From: Haplodiscus bocki
Lineage: Eukaryota
Reading direction: 5' to 3'
Assembly (NCBI GenBank): GCA_965655095.1
Contig: OZ296649.1
Span: forward strand, 49,600,001-49,664,000
DNA: 64,000 nt
The translations under genes and the position numbers were made by a program. Below the pieces are notes generated by a model that saw only the letters and a program-made list of their open reading frames with translations, was not told the origin of the DNA and did no database searches. This document shows positions 41,001-53,734 of the stretch, one piece after another; within the stretch, counting starts at the first letter, position 1; the number at the start of each line of letters is the position of its first letter.

Positions 41001-44000
41001 ATTTTATGCAGTGTCTGGAGAGTGGCAATATCATGATGTCGACGAAAGAATGCAAACGCGAAAACCCCCAGACATAGGGACTTCTACGACGCCATTTCAA
41101 CAGAACGGAAACGCCAAGGCTGATGAACCTTTGTTCAAGTTCACTGAGAGCATGGTCGACTATGTGTCGCGCGAAATATGTGAGTAAGAAGTTGGAGCAG
41201 GCCAATACAGTGTATCACCTAGTTTGTCTTTCAACTTATTACAATATTTAAAAACTGTACGGTTGCACCATTCACTTTCAGATATCACTTGATTTCAAAC
41301 TATAATTCAGTATAACTGGCGTGTATTCATGATGGCAGTCGTAAAATGTAGCATAATTGACTGGGTCAATTTATTAACACAGATGAGAAGCTGTGCTTCG
41401 CAACACTCGCGGAAACGCAAGACAAGTAAGAAACGCCATAATCTTTTATTCGCTGGTTACCTTTTATAAAATTACTGATTCTCCACCGGAATGGCACAGA
41501 CAGTAGAGCATACAGGATTTTAGTGGTCGGGACTGGGGACTGAAGGTATTCGATTTGAGCAAGTTCACTGGACAAAGTACTACCAGACTGGAAGATCCGG
41601 AGACAGAATTTCATCGAGGACAGTGTGAGCAATCACTGTACAGCAATTAGAGGCATCAGTTTTGACCCTTACTACAGGAAGAAGCTCAAGAACTTGGTCT
41701 CGCTTCTTTAAGGTTGCCTCAGAAATGTCGAAAGCATCATCATCTGGCACGCCGTGGTAAGTCACTCCTTATTGGCCCACGTCTCCAACAAACAATTCAT
41801 TGTGTTTGAATCGCGGAACATAATTATTCCATTCCAGAACAGAAATCAAGCCATAGTCAACGTATAAAGGATACCCCTACCCGACATCAAACTACGGCTT
41901 CGAAAAAAATGCATTCCAATTTTGAACCTTACAACAGATCTGCTCCCAACAAAAGTACAAAAAAATGTTCGAAAGGATACAAATTTGTCACATTCACCGT
42001 CCGTTCACCTGGAAGGCAGCAGGATTTTTCAAGTGGTGATCTAGAACAAGAGCCATTCGTTGTTTGGAGCCTGGTTAAGAAGAGCAGATCAAAAAAAAGC
42101 AAACCCGCTCTAAAGAAGATTAGAGAAAGCGGCCAAAATTAAAAAGGTTAATCTTACTTCTGCTTTTCTATCACGTCTCTCCAAATGGTTACCTCGGCAA
42201 CTGACAAAAATTTAGTAAGTTGGCTGAAGCTTATGTTTCGTGCTCCAAAAATTCAAGTTTATGTTCAAAGTTTTCCCCGGATAATGATAAAAAAATAATT
42301 AAATAGTATTTAAAGTAATAAATATGATAACAATAATGTTGTCTCAAAAACATCAGACCAAGCATCTAATTTAATTATACTTAACAAACCTAGTCAATTA
42401 TTAGAACAATAAACTCAGCAAAAACGCAAAAGCCGATTCGGAAAAATGTTGTGCTTGTGAATTTCTGAGGGAGGCACTCCTTCACGCAATCTGGATGTAG
42501 AATAAATATTCATAGCAGGAATATATTCGTCGAAAGTCTGATTGCCGCAACAAATATTGTTTAAAAGTGTTTCATCTGCTTGTCGCACTCAGTTTCATAC
42601 TTGCAGAGTTGCTCGTAAGACCAAGACGTGTTCCTAGTTACTGAACAATGTCAATTTTACGTACGAAGTGTCGGTGACCCATACCAAACAGTGATTGCAA
42701 ATGTTATCACGGAAAGAACAAAAGCCCTGTAGGTGATTGGTAATTCTACAGGCATATAATCATTACGTTCAAGTCTGTTGATTTGCCTCACCAATTTTTT
42801 AGCCGTTACGCACATGTCGTTAATATTTGCGTTGAATCTCTATTTTTCATCAATGATAATTTCCAGTAGTATAAATTCAACGAATTCACTCAAAATGTTT
42901 CACGAAGGTATCAGAAACTTTTACGTTTGAAGTAAATCACGAGCTCTTCTTAAGTATTAGAATTCAGCATCATGCCATTTTGATGATCACACCATTCCAA
43001 AATATCATCAATCAAAAGTTGGTTATACCGTTTATACCAGCTTTTCCAGCAAGTAGCGATCGTGAGAGCAGACAAAAAAACGTGATTTTATGCAGTGTCC
43101 GGAGAGTGGCAGCATCATCATGTCGACGAAAGAATGCAAACGCGAAAACCCCCAGACATAGGGACTTCTACGACGCCATTTCAACAGAACGGAAACGCCA
43201 AGGCTGATGAACCTTTGTTCAAGTTCACTGAGAGCATGGTAGACTGTCTGTGTCGGGCGGAATATGGGAGTAAGAAGTTGGAGCAGGCCAATACAGTGTA
43301 TCACCTAGTTTGTCTTTCAACTTAATACAATATTTGAAAACTGTACGGTTTCACCATTCACCTTCAGATATCACTTGATTTCAAACTATATTTCATTATA
43401 ACTGGCGTGTATTCATGATGGCAGTCGTAAAATGTAGCATAAGTGACTGGGTCAATTTATTAACACCGATGAGAAGCTGTGATTCGCAACACTCGCGGAA
43501 ACGCAATACAAGTAAGAAAAGTCATAAACTTTTATTCGCTGGACACTTTATATAAAACTACTGTTTCTCCACCGGCAATGGCACAGACAGTAGAGCATAC
43601 AGGATTTTAGTGGTCGGGACTGGGGACTGAAGGTATTCGATTTGAGCAAGTTCACTGGACAAAGTACTACCAGACTGGAAGATCCGGAGACAGAATTTCA
43701 TCGAGGACAGTCTGAGCAATCACTGTACAGCAATTAGAGGCATCAGTTTTGACCCTTACTACAGGAAGAAGCTCAAGAACTTAGTCTCGCTTCTTCAAGG
43801 TTGCCTCAGAAATGTCGAAAGCATCATCATCTGGCACGCCGTGGTAAGTCACTCCTTATCGGCCCACGTCTCCAACAAACAATTCATGGTGTATGAATCG
43901 CGGAACATAATTATTACATTCCAGAACAAAATTCAAGCCATAGTCAACGTATAAAGGATACCCCTACCCGACATCAAACTACGGCTTCGAAAAACATGCA

Positions 44001-47000
44001 TTCTAATTTTGAACCTTACAACAGATCTGCTCCCAACAAAAGTACAAAAAACGTTCAAAAGGATACAAATTTGTCACATTCACCGTCAGTTCACCTGGAA
44101 GGCAGCAGGCTTTTTCAAGTGGTGATCTAGAGCAAGAGCCATTTGTTGTTTGGAGCCTGGTTAAGAAGAGCAGATCAAAAAAAAGCAAACCCGCTCTAAA
44201 GATAGAGAAAGCGGCCAAAATTAAAAAGGTTAATCTTACTTCTGCTTTTCTATCACGTCTCTCCAAATGGTTACCTCGGCAACTGACAAAAATTTAGTAA
44301 GTTGGCTGAAGCATATGTTTCGCGCTCCAAAAATTCAATTTTATGTTCAAAATTTCCTCCGGATAATGATAAAAAAATAATTAAATAGTATTTAAAATAA
44401 TAAATATGATAACAATAATGTTGTCTCAAAAACATCAGACCACGCATCTAATTTAATTATACTTAACAAACCTAGTCAATTATTAGAACAATAAACTCAG
44501 CAAAAACGCAAAAGCCGATTCGGAAAAATGTTGTGCTTGTGAATTTCCGAGGGAGGCACTCCTTCACGCAATCTGAATGTAGAATAAAAATTCATAGCAG
44601 GAATATATTCGTCGAAAGTCTGATTGCCGCAACAAATATTGTTTAAAAGTGTTTCATCTGCTTGTCGCACTCAGTTTCATACCTGCAGAGTTGCTCGTAA
44701 GACCAAGACGTGTTAGTTACTGAACAATGTCAATTTTACGTTCGAAGTGTCGGTGCCCATCCCAAACAGTGATTGCAAATGTTATCACGGAAAGAACAAA
44801 AGCCCCGTAGGTGATTGGTAACTCTACAGGCATATAATCATTACGTTCAAGTCTGTTGATTTGCCTCACCAATTTTTTAGCCGTTACGCACATGTCTTTA
44901 ATATTTGCGTTGAATCTCTATTTTTCATCAATGATAATTTCCAGTAGTATAAATTCAACGAATTCACTCAAAATGTTTCACGAAGGTATTAGAAACTTTT
45001 ACGTTTGAAGTAAATCAGGAGCTCTTCTTAAGTAATAAAATTCAGCATCATGCAAATTTGATGATCACACCATTCCAAAATATCATCAATCATAAGTTGG
45101 TTATACTGTTTATACCATCTTTTCCAGCAAGTAGCGATCGTGAGAGCAGACAAAAAAAACGTGATTTTATGCAGTGTCCGGAGAGTGGCAGCATCATCAT
45201 GTCGACGAAAGAATGCAAACGCGAAGACCCCCAGACATAGGGACTTCTACGACGCCATTTCAACAGAACGGAAACGCCAAGACTGATGAACCTTTGTTCA
45301 AGTTCACTGAGAGCATGGTAGACTGTCTGTGTCGGGCGGAATATGGGAGTAAGAAGTTGGAGCAGGCCAATACAGTGTATCACCTAGTTTGTCTTTCAAC
45401 TTAATACAATATTTGAAAACTGTACGGTTGCACCATTCACCTTCAGATATCACTTGATTTCAAACTATATTTCATTATAACTGGCGTGTATTCATGATGG
45501 CAGTCGTAAAATGTAGCATAAGTGACTGGGTCAATTTATTAACACCGATGAGAAGCTGTGCTTCGCAACACTCGCGGAAACGCAATACAAGTAAGAAAAG
45601 TCATAAACTTTTATTCGCTGGACACTTTATATAAAACTACTGTTTCTCCACCGGCAATGGCACAGACAGTAGAGCATACAGGATTTTAGTGGTCGGGACT
45701 AGGGACTGAAGGTATTCGATTTGAGCAAGTTCACTGGACAAAGTACTACCAGACTGGAAGATCCGGAGACAGAATTTCATCGAGGACAGTCTGAGCAATC
45801 ACTGTACAGCAATTAGAGGCATCAGTTTTGACCCTTACTACAGGAAGAAGCTCAAGAACTTGGGTCTCGCTTCTTCAAGGTTGCCTCAGAAATGTCGAAA
45901 GCATCATCATCTGGCACGCCGTGGTAAGTCACTCCTTATTGGCCCACGTCTCCAACAAACAATTCATTGTGTATGAATCGCGGAACATAATTATTCCATT
46001 CCAGAACAGAAATCAAGCCATAGTCAACGTATAAAGGATACCCCTACCCGACATCAAACTACGGCTTCGAAAAATATGCATTCTAATTTTGAACCTTACA
46101 ACAGATCTGCTCCCAACAAAAGTACGAAAAAACGTTCAAAAGGATACAAATTTGTCACATTCACCGTCAGTTCACCTGGAAGGCAGCAGGCTTTTTCAAG
46201 TGGTGATCTAGAGCAAGAGCCATTTGTTGTTTGGAGCCTGGTTAAGAAGAGCAGATCAAAAAAAAGCAAACCCGCTCTAAAGATAGAGAAAGCGGCCAAA
46301 ATTAAAAAGGTTAATCTTACTTCTGCTTTTCTATCACGTCTCTCCAAATGGTTACCTCGGCAACTGACAAAAATTTAGTAAGTTGGCTGAAGCATATGTT
46401 TCGCGCTCCAAAAATTCAATTTTATGTTCAAAATTTCCTCCGGATAATGATAAAAAAATAATTAAATAGTATTTAAAATAATAAATATGATAACAATAAT
46501 GTTGTCTCAAAAACATCAGACCACGCATCTAATTTAATTATACTTAACAAACCTAGTCAATTATTAGAACAATAAACTCAGCAAAAACGCAAAAGCCGAT
46601 TCGGAAAAATGTTGTGCTTGTGAATTTCCGAGGGAGGCACTCCTTCACGCAATCTGAATGTAGAATAAAAAGTCATAGCAGGAATATATTCGTCGGAAGT
46701 CTGATTGCCGCAACAAATATTGTTTAAAAGTGTTTCATCTGCTTGTCGCACTCAGTTTCATACCTGCAGAGTTGCTCGTAAGACCAAGACGTGTTAGTTA
46801 CTGAACAATGTCAATTTTACGTTCGAAGTGTCGGTGCCCATCCCAAACAGTGATTGCAAATGTTATCACGGAAAGAACAAAAGCCCCGTAGGTGATTGGT
46901 AACTCTACAGGCATATAATCATTACGTTCAAGTCTGTTGATTTGCCTCACCAATTTTTTAGCCGTTACGCACATGTCTTTAATATTTGCGTTGAATCTCT

Positions 47001-47731
47001 ATTTTTCATCAATGATAATTTCCAGTAGTATAAATTCAACGAATTCACTCAAAATGTTTCACGAAGGTATTAGAAACTTTTACGTTTGAAGTAAATCAGG
47101 AGCTCTTCTTAAGTAATAAAATTCAGCATCATGCAAATTTGATGATCACACCATTCCAAAATATCATCAATCATAAGTTGGTTATACTGTTTATACCATC
47201 TTTTCCAGCAAGTAGCGATCGTGAGAGCAGACAAAAAAAACGTGATTTTATGCAGTGTCCGGAGAGTGGCAGCATCATCATGTCGACGAAAGAATGCAAA
47301 CGCGAAAACCCCCAGACATAGGGACTTCTACGACGCCATTTCAACAGAACGGAAACGCCAAGACTGATGAACCTTTGTTCAAGTTCACTGAGAGCATGGT
47401 AGACTGTCTGTGTCGGGCGGAATATGGGAGTAAGAAGTTGGAGCAGGCCAATACAGTGTATCACCTAGTTTGTCTTTCAACTTATTACAATATTTGAAAA
47501 CTGTACGGTTGCACCATTCACCTTCAGATATCACTTGATTTCAAACTATAATTCACTATAACTAGCGTGTATTCATGATGGCAGTCGTAAAATGTAGCAT
47601 AATTGACTGGGTCAATTTATTACAACAGATGAGAAGCTGTGCTTCGCAACACTCGCGGAAACGCAATACAAGTAAGAAACGTCATAATCTTTTATTCGCT
47701 GGATACTTTATATAAAATTACTGTTTCTCCA

Positions 47732-47910
47732 CCGGCAATGGCACAGACAGTAGAGCATAAGACTGCGGTGCGAAAAGTCCCAGATTCGAGCCTACGACAC
47801 TCACTCCTCTCCTTGGTCAAAATTTAAGAAATTGAGCGATTTGTAAACGGATCGAAAAAAGTTGGCAGAAGCCTATGATATTATAACACTTGCTTGCATA
47901 AGTGTAATAA
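47732..47910 (+). mobile_element. tRNA-derived SINE, copy 2 (its A-box half also closes every array unit)
   Basis: TGGCACAGACAGTAGAGC (A-box-like) ... CAGATTCGAGCC (B-box-like); the body is homologous to the copy at 3037-3202. Confidence 0.72.
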
Positions 47911-48354
47911 TCAATTCCTTATCAGCGAATTTCACTATATTCGAGGTGGCTGCGAGAGGGCTTGTTTAATTAATTGATTGCAGATTTTTAATAATTGCAA
48001 TTAATGAAGATACAATGGCTTTTGACTTTCTGAGCCAAGCAGTAACGGTAGCGACGGATATCATCAGCCAAGATCAAATTCAATTCGTAGAAAAACAGCT
48101 TTTTTGAAATACAATAAAACACAATCTTTGTCAGCCAAATTGTCACAGTGGTATATAAAATTTATATATATTCCTAGTTTGACTAAATAATTCCAATTCC
48201 TAAACCTTGACTAAATTCTATATAAAATGGTGATAGTGAACCGTCGTGTCTCGGCTTTTCAAAACTATTAAAATTTTTCCAACGTCCTTGCCGAAAGACC
48301 AAATCCAGCAATTGAAAACAGCGAGCTAACAAAAGGCGAGTAAGTAAAACTCAG

Positions 48355-48785
48355 TGATAGCGTATCAGTTATAATGATTCGGTGATGATCATGCCGAATG
48401 AAGAAAGCGAGTGAGTTCATCAAGTCATCTGCTACATTCACTCGCCTGCTTTATTCGTTCAGGATGATAGTGAAGTCGAAGCCTAAAAAAACGTGAACGG
48501 ATCTTCAAAATGTCTTGGGCAGATTAAAAATTTGATTTTCCGATCTGGCAGAAGGGTTTGCTAGTACTTGCAATAAAGTTTCATAAACTAGCAAACCTTT
48601 CATACAGATCGGCGGATTAAATTTCAATGGAGGAGATTTTAAAGATCTGTCAAGTTTTTTCGACTTCAGATTCAGTTATCATGCTCAATTAATAAAGCCG
48701 GCGGGAGAATTTAGAGGACTTGAGACGCTCACGCGCTTTCTTCATTCAGCATGATCATCATGACGCCATAACCAAAACACTATCA
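48355..48785. mobile_element. ~430-bp imperfect palindrome (foldback/MITE-like)
   Basis: Arms pair along their length: GATGATCATGCCGAATGAAGAAAGCGAGTGAG with CTCACGCGCTTTCTTCATTCAGCATGATCATC, and CGATCTGGCAGAAGGGTTTGCTAGT with ACTAGCAAACCTTTCATACAGATCG. Loop of ~20 nt near 48575. Confidence 0.85.
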
Positions 48786-49499
48786 GAATTTAATTTCTTT
48801 TTTTTTAAAATATCTTCATCATATATAAGATTGCAATTCCAAGATTTTTAACCAAGGCACTTGATTTTCTTTTCGTAATTGATTATTCCGCTAGTATTAA
48901 ACTTCCTGCACCCTTGATCATATTGACCATCAAATGATAAAAGCAAATATTTTCCCAAATTAATTAGAAAGATTATTACGGTCATTCTCCAAATTCAAAG
49001 GTTCATGTAGGAACGAATTTAATGCAACTTATTTTAATTTAAAAAAGTTTAACTAACCTTGCTTTCCATCCAAATAATCTGCTTCCCCGTCAGAAGTCTC
49101 TTCAGAAGGGTCATCACAGCTCGTTCTTGTAGCCCAGAATAACAACCAGATAAAACCTACGCAAGAAAGTCGAGCCATAAAACAAACATTCAGACCTGAA
49201 GTTCAAAATTTCATTCCCCATGGTTGTCCGAATGACGCCGACGATTATATTATTGATTTACTACGGCGGCCAAAAGTACAAACTCAGTCAATAGGGTCCA
49301 ACTTTTACCCTTGCCATTGTACATTGAATGACATGACATTTTGTATGTCCTAGGTCTCAAGACAAAGAAGTTAACTTCTATGACGCCTGCAAAAAGAAGA
49401 CAGTATAGGGGGGCCTCGAACAGGTTTAACACCATGAAGGACCCAAGAAAAAAACTAGCCTTGATTCGGATATGGGAGAGGAAAGATACTCCCTAGGAA

Positions 49500-52400
49500 T
49501 GACAAAACATCTAAACTTACTACGGAATGTTTTGTACTCTCTCACTACAACACGCGAGATTTTCAGGGAGCAATCCACTCCGCATTAGCTGATTCAACAA
49601 ATGAGCGCCACGTCTTCTCAGAGATGTATTAGGCGTTGAATTACCTTTTATAGGAGTATTAAAATCCCCTTAATCCATGCTCCGTATTTGAAGTGACGAA
49701 GATTCTCAGCCCGTGTTGAAAGCGTTGAGGTTCTCGAAACAATGTGATCTGAGAGACTTGGTGACCCTGATAGTCTCTTAGTGTATCATGATCGAAAACT
49801 AAAGATATTATCTTCTGCGAGCAATGCTTTCGATGGGAAAAACTTATCGAAACAAATTTGTAAAACAGGCATGTGGAATTACAACGGAAGTTTCATTTTT
49901 TTGCAGACGTCCATTCATAGATAAGTTCACCGTTTTGTAGATTCGGTTTGATGCATATATTGTAATACCGTAGAAGACTTCCTTGCACCAACGAACGGAC
50001 GCGCAGAACAACAAATAAATCGCTGCTTTTTTCTGAAGACGACATCATTATGAGCCTCAAATTTCAAAATACAGTTTACCAAAATGCCCAAATGTTCGAC
50101 AACCTCAGAATCTGATAGTATTGAATAACCAAACTTGAGATGAAGGTTTTGGTTTTCAGAATGAACCAACTGCGTTCTCCAGAAATTAAGGAAGAACCAA
50201 CTATTAGGAAACCAGGCTTGATTATCCTTCACCTTTTCATTTAGTTCCGTTTTAGTTTTCTCTTGAAGAACAATATTCGTGTCAACAGCGAGAAAAACTG
50301 GTAATTCATTCACGTGAAGAAAGAAGGGAAGAGGAGCAAGTATCGTGCCCTTTGGAAAAACAATCTTGCAGCAAGTCAGAGATGTGATATCCTTACCTAT
50401 TAACATTTCTTCTCTGGTCCATATACATGTTTTTGTCAAATAATTTCCTACATCCAAGACACCATAAAAATCTGACTGTCCCAGATTCTTTTTTCAATTA
50501 TGGAACACAAGCTTCTTTCAAATGCGAAAACAGGCGAAACATAATAAAGTTAGAACAACTAGAGACACTTTTCGCAGCTTCAGCTAAGGAATCAATCGCG
50601 TCATCATGCGCCCGAAAACAAAAATGATTGTCAGAAAAAATATTTGACGGCTCCAAAGACATGCTAATCGACTGCAGGAGGCGCAATCCCAGATTCTACT
50701 CAAACTGGAAGGATCAAAATCGTTCGAAAGAATTTTTTGTCGCATCGGGTAACATCTTTGAAAAACTGCACCATTCTCGCATCCTTAGAACAATGAAGAG
50801 AAGAAATGGCTCATAAAGTAAACCAGAGTTTTTGTTATCAACGGTGAGCTAACATTGAATATTGCAGCAGAGATGTTATCAAGTTTTCTCAATCGGTATT
50901 TTCAAAATCATAATAAACAGCTTCAATTCATGAACTGCAAAGAGGAACGTTGCTGACTATACGCTGTTGTCGACACGATTCCTAATGTTTTCCAGTTCAG
51001 TTTCAAAGATGTGTTTCAAAAATTTCATCCTGTGTAAGCAAATTCGTCAAAGAAAGTTTTTGAAAAATCAGTAAAAGTTTTAATCGATCGGCCAAATTTA
51101 TTATCAGCAGATAGCTTCGATTTTCGCTAATTTTTTCTAAATCGAAGTCAATTCTTTCCAAAACAAAAAGTTTTTACGCATAAATTGGCCAGAGCTTCCG
51201 CTACAGAAAATGCTTTTGCTCTGAGCTAAAACTTCATGAAGCTTTTTTTCCTCGCCGACCGATAAGTTGATAGTTTCGCCACTGACGTTGAAAATCGAAG
51301 ATGCCGATACAGTTGGTTTTTTGGTTTGAAGTTTTTTGTGAGTGTTGAGATACCAAAGGGCTTGCTTGATTTGCAAGTCCTGTTCCTTCTGCAAGTTATG
51401 AACATGTCTACCGTGTTTTTTTTTGGCTCACAAAGCTGCTGCAGGAAGAGTGGACAGTCAGTGTAGAATATCAGTAGCACAGAGCAGACTGTAAGAACTG
51501 AAAGTTTTTTTCGAAGACTTTCCCCTCTCAAAAAATATAGTCAGTAATATACTGCTCAGTGTTGCGTTCTTGCCGTTTCCGTAATAAAATCGGACAAAAG
51601 CTCCTTAGTGATCAGGTATTGATGAATCCGTAATCCAGTGCGTAAAAAATGACAGAAATTGTGCAAAAGATGATCTTGGTTTGTTTCGCTTTACCTTGTT
51701 CTCCTTGGCGTTTTGTTTAGTCAGTGCCAAAAAACCGTTCATAGGCAGTTTTTTACAATGCATTGAAACTACTCAAATAATAACAATATTAAATCTCCCA
51801 GATCAGAGCAAGGGATTCTGTTACTTCCAAATGCAAGCAGAAGATGCTCCAAAAAAAGCAAAATCATATCATGGCGTGGAGGTAAGGAATACACATATGC
51901 TAACAAGTTATCACATCAATCAGCTATGAGTTTGATCAAGCAAATCATATCATGTCAAAAGCCACAGGTTGATAAGTTACATCAATTGTAACAAAAATTG
52001 GAACCCCTCCGCTTCTGCTCAATCATTCTACTGTTGCCGGAACATAGTACTTCTTATATATAAACAGACTAGGCATCCGACCAAAACCTCATGGTTCTGA
52101 CAATTATAAAATGAAGGGTTTACCCGGGAGTTTGGGTATTTCGTAGGCAGTTTTGTCAAACTACGAAAGGACACATCGTCTGCTCAATTGCAAAATCCAC
52201 TCCACGCCATCTGTGTGACTCTTGAACAATAGAATTTGTTTTAGTGTAGCCTTCTTGCGCTCTAGTGGAAACTTACAAGAACCCCTTACAAAAGTGAAAA
52301 CTGCTTTTACAAACAAAAGTAAATTTAAGCTCAATTTGACTAAATTCGAAAAAATTTTCTGGAACCAGTTGTGGGTTATCAGTTTGAAAAACGAGCACTT

Positions 52401-52660
52401 CTCCGTTTATCATAATGACTGCAGCTACATCACTGCGTTGACGCAAGGTCTTTGCTGAATTGGCAATCACAATAGTCAAGTCGTCATCATTGAGGATTTT
52501 TTCCCCACATCCTTAAGCTTGTATTTACTCAATGAGCCCTACTTTTGTTTCCCTGGCAACAAACTTGACAGTAATGGGAAGCCCTTTCCCATTTTATCTG
52601 TATTACTGGGCACCCGGTGAGTAGTATAGGGGATGGGGCTGAGCAATCGAGGAAGTTGGT
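49500..52660 (-). mobile_element. Decayed near full-length LINE (CR1/L2-like): ORF1 remnant plus ORF2 RT remnant; boundaries approximate
   Basis: ORF1-type motifs PITVKFVARETK...KLK...NDDDLT...LRQRSDVAAVIMINGEVLV at ~52390-52590. RT motifs NIFSDNHFCFRAHDDAIDSL, FPKGTILAPLPFFLHVNELP, LAVDTNI and VEHLGILVNCILKFEAH at 49927-50686. Confidence 0.75.
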
Positions 52661-52664
52661 TGGG

Positions 52665-52871
52665 AAGCCAAGATATTAAATAGGCAATAGGGTTCGAATT
52701 GCAAACGAAGACTTACCCTTCAAGAAAGGTTACAGGCAAAATTTCACTGACGACGTTTGTCTAGTTACCAATATTGTAACATTCAATCCTCCTACGGATT
52801 CATTGGCTGACAAAAACGGTGAGAACATTCAAGGAAAGTTTTATGAACCAGAACTGATAAAAACTCGCTGA
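52665..52871 (+). pseudogene. Polinton retroviral-like integrase, C-terminal fragment
   Basis: KPRY*IGNRVRIANEDLPFKKGYRQNFTDDV...NPPTDSLADKNGENIQGKFYEPELIK fits the Polinton INT C-terminal pattern GDxVRI...FxKGY...PxTYxLxD..GE.IxGxFYExEL. Confidence 0.88.
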
Positions 52872-52873
52872 AA

Positions 52874-53730
52874 ATGGACGAATTTGATATCTATTTAGAG
52901 TCAACGGGTTCAATGCAAACATACCAAAACAACAAAATGGCATGCTTTCGCAACGCACTTTCTGAACCCCTACATTTGGATGGAGACTGGCGAGTTGCAT
53001 TGGCAGAAATTACTTTTTCTTCTAGTATCAAAAATGTAACAACCGAGGAATACTTCATTTACACACCTCGCACGGCGACAGAACTTTTGTCTAATCTCAA
53101 CCGCTCAGCTTCTGCAGGCGTGATAGTTCAACGGCCGGATTTTTCCAGCAACGCAACATTCCCAGACTGAGAAATTGAAAGCACAGAAATTACCTTGGAA
53201 ATAATAAAAAAGGGTACAATTTTCACCAAACAAATCCTGAAAGCAAGTTGTGAGCAGAAAACGTTTGAGCTGGAGTTTGCATAAGGCTATAGCATCAGTG
53301 TTCGAGACCGCAGCTTATTGGACGTTTTAGGATTTAGTGGTTTAACTGACACCCATCGAGGTGGATACTTCATCGGGAAGCACAACAGGATACGGAATCA
53401 AACACAGCCAATGAAAGGAGACTTTCCAGCCGATATACTTTGAGGAACAGAATTCTTTTTTTTAATTGCAATATCATCGAACAACAGCACGTTGCTGGCG
53501 CCAAAGCACCAATATTACGCGTCATTGATACAGGAAGAAAACTAACAGACGGTGAGCTCAATATCACATCTTCTACATTTCATAAAATTTTCACAGAGTT
53601 GCAAGTCAAAAAACTATTGTTGAATTCAGTCAGAGACGTTCACGTTGAGCTGGTTACACCTACTGGAAATTGCGTTCGTTTTGTTGGCACACGAAGAGTA
53701 ATTCTCACTCTAAAGTTTAGAAAGGTTTGA
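52874..53730 (+). pseudogene. Polinton minor capsid protein (penton), disrupted
   Basis: N-terminus MDEFDIYLESTGSMQTYQNNKMACFRNALSEPLHLDGDWRVALAEI; C-terminus CNIIEQQHVAGAKAPILRVI...VILTLKFRK. Internal stops near 53168 and 53282 and a frameshift near 53435. Confidence 0.87.
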
Positions 53731-53734
53731 AACG

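Larger units (their letters stand above)
6032..47759 (+). repeat. Macrosatellite: 20 tandem head-to-tail units of 2043-2097 bp (mean ~2086 bp)
   Basis: The junction AGAGCATA|CA(G/A)GATTTTAGTG recurs. Unit starts are 6032, 8125, 10214, 12308, 14402, 16492, 18589, 20632, 22726, 24812, 26897, 28986, 31075, 33164, 35256, 37345, 39429, 41513, 43600 and 45679; the array ends at 47759. The ORF track repeats with the same period. Confidence 0.98.

Noticed and set aside
6032-47759. Recurrent 60-100-aa ORFs (MMITPF..., MIHCIG..., MSGEWQ..., MHSNFE...) as a tandem gene family
   Set aside because: They are alternate-frame or antisense readings of decayed RT and SGNH-like sequence, often start at non-ATG codons, and are freely broken by indels between units.
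6032-47759. Array as rDNA, 5S, histone, snRNA or spliced-leader cluster, or as CRISPR
   Set aside because: No rRNA, histone or snRNA motifs were recognised and there is no repeat/unique-spacer structure. The unit is accounted for by TE fragments. A short divergent ncRNA cannot be fully excluded without Infernal.
6032-47759. Array as an assembly artefact
   Set aside because: Units carry structured shared and private variants, including a 37-bp deletion and a dimer pattern, unlike duplicated consensus. The exact copy number still needs read support.
52619-52626. AGTAGT as the Polinton left terminus
   Set aside because: It does not match the right-end sequence (AGTATATGTG...), no TIR follows, and the integrase fragment starts only ~40 bp later.
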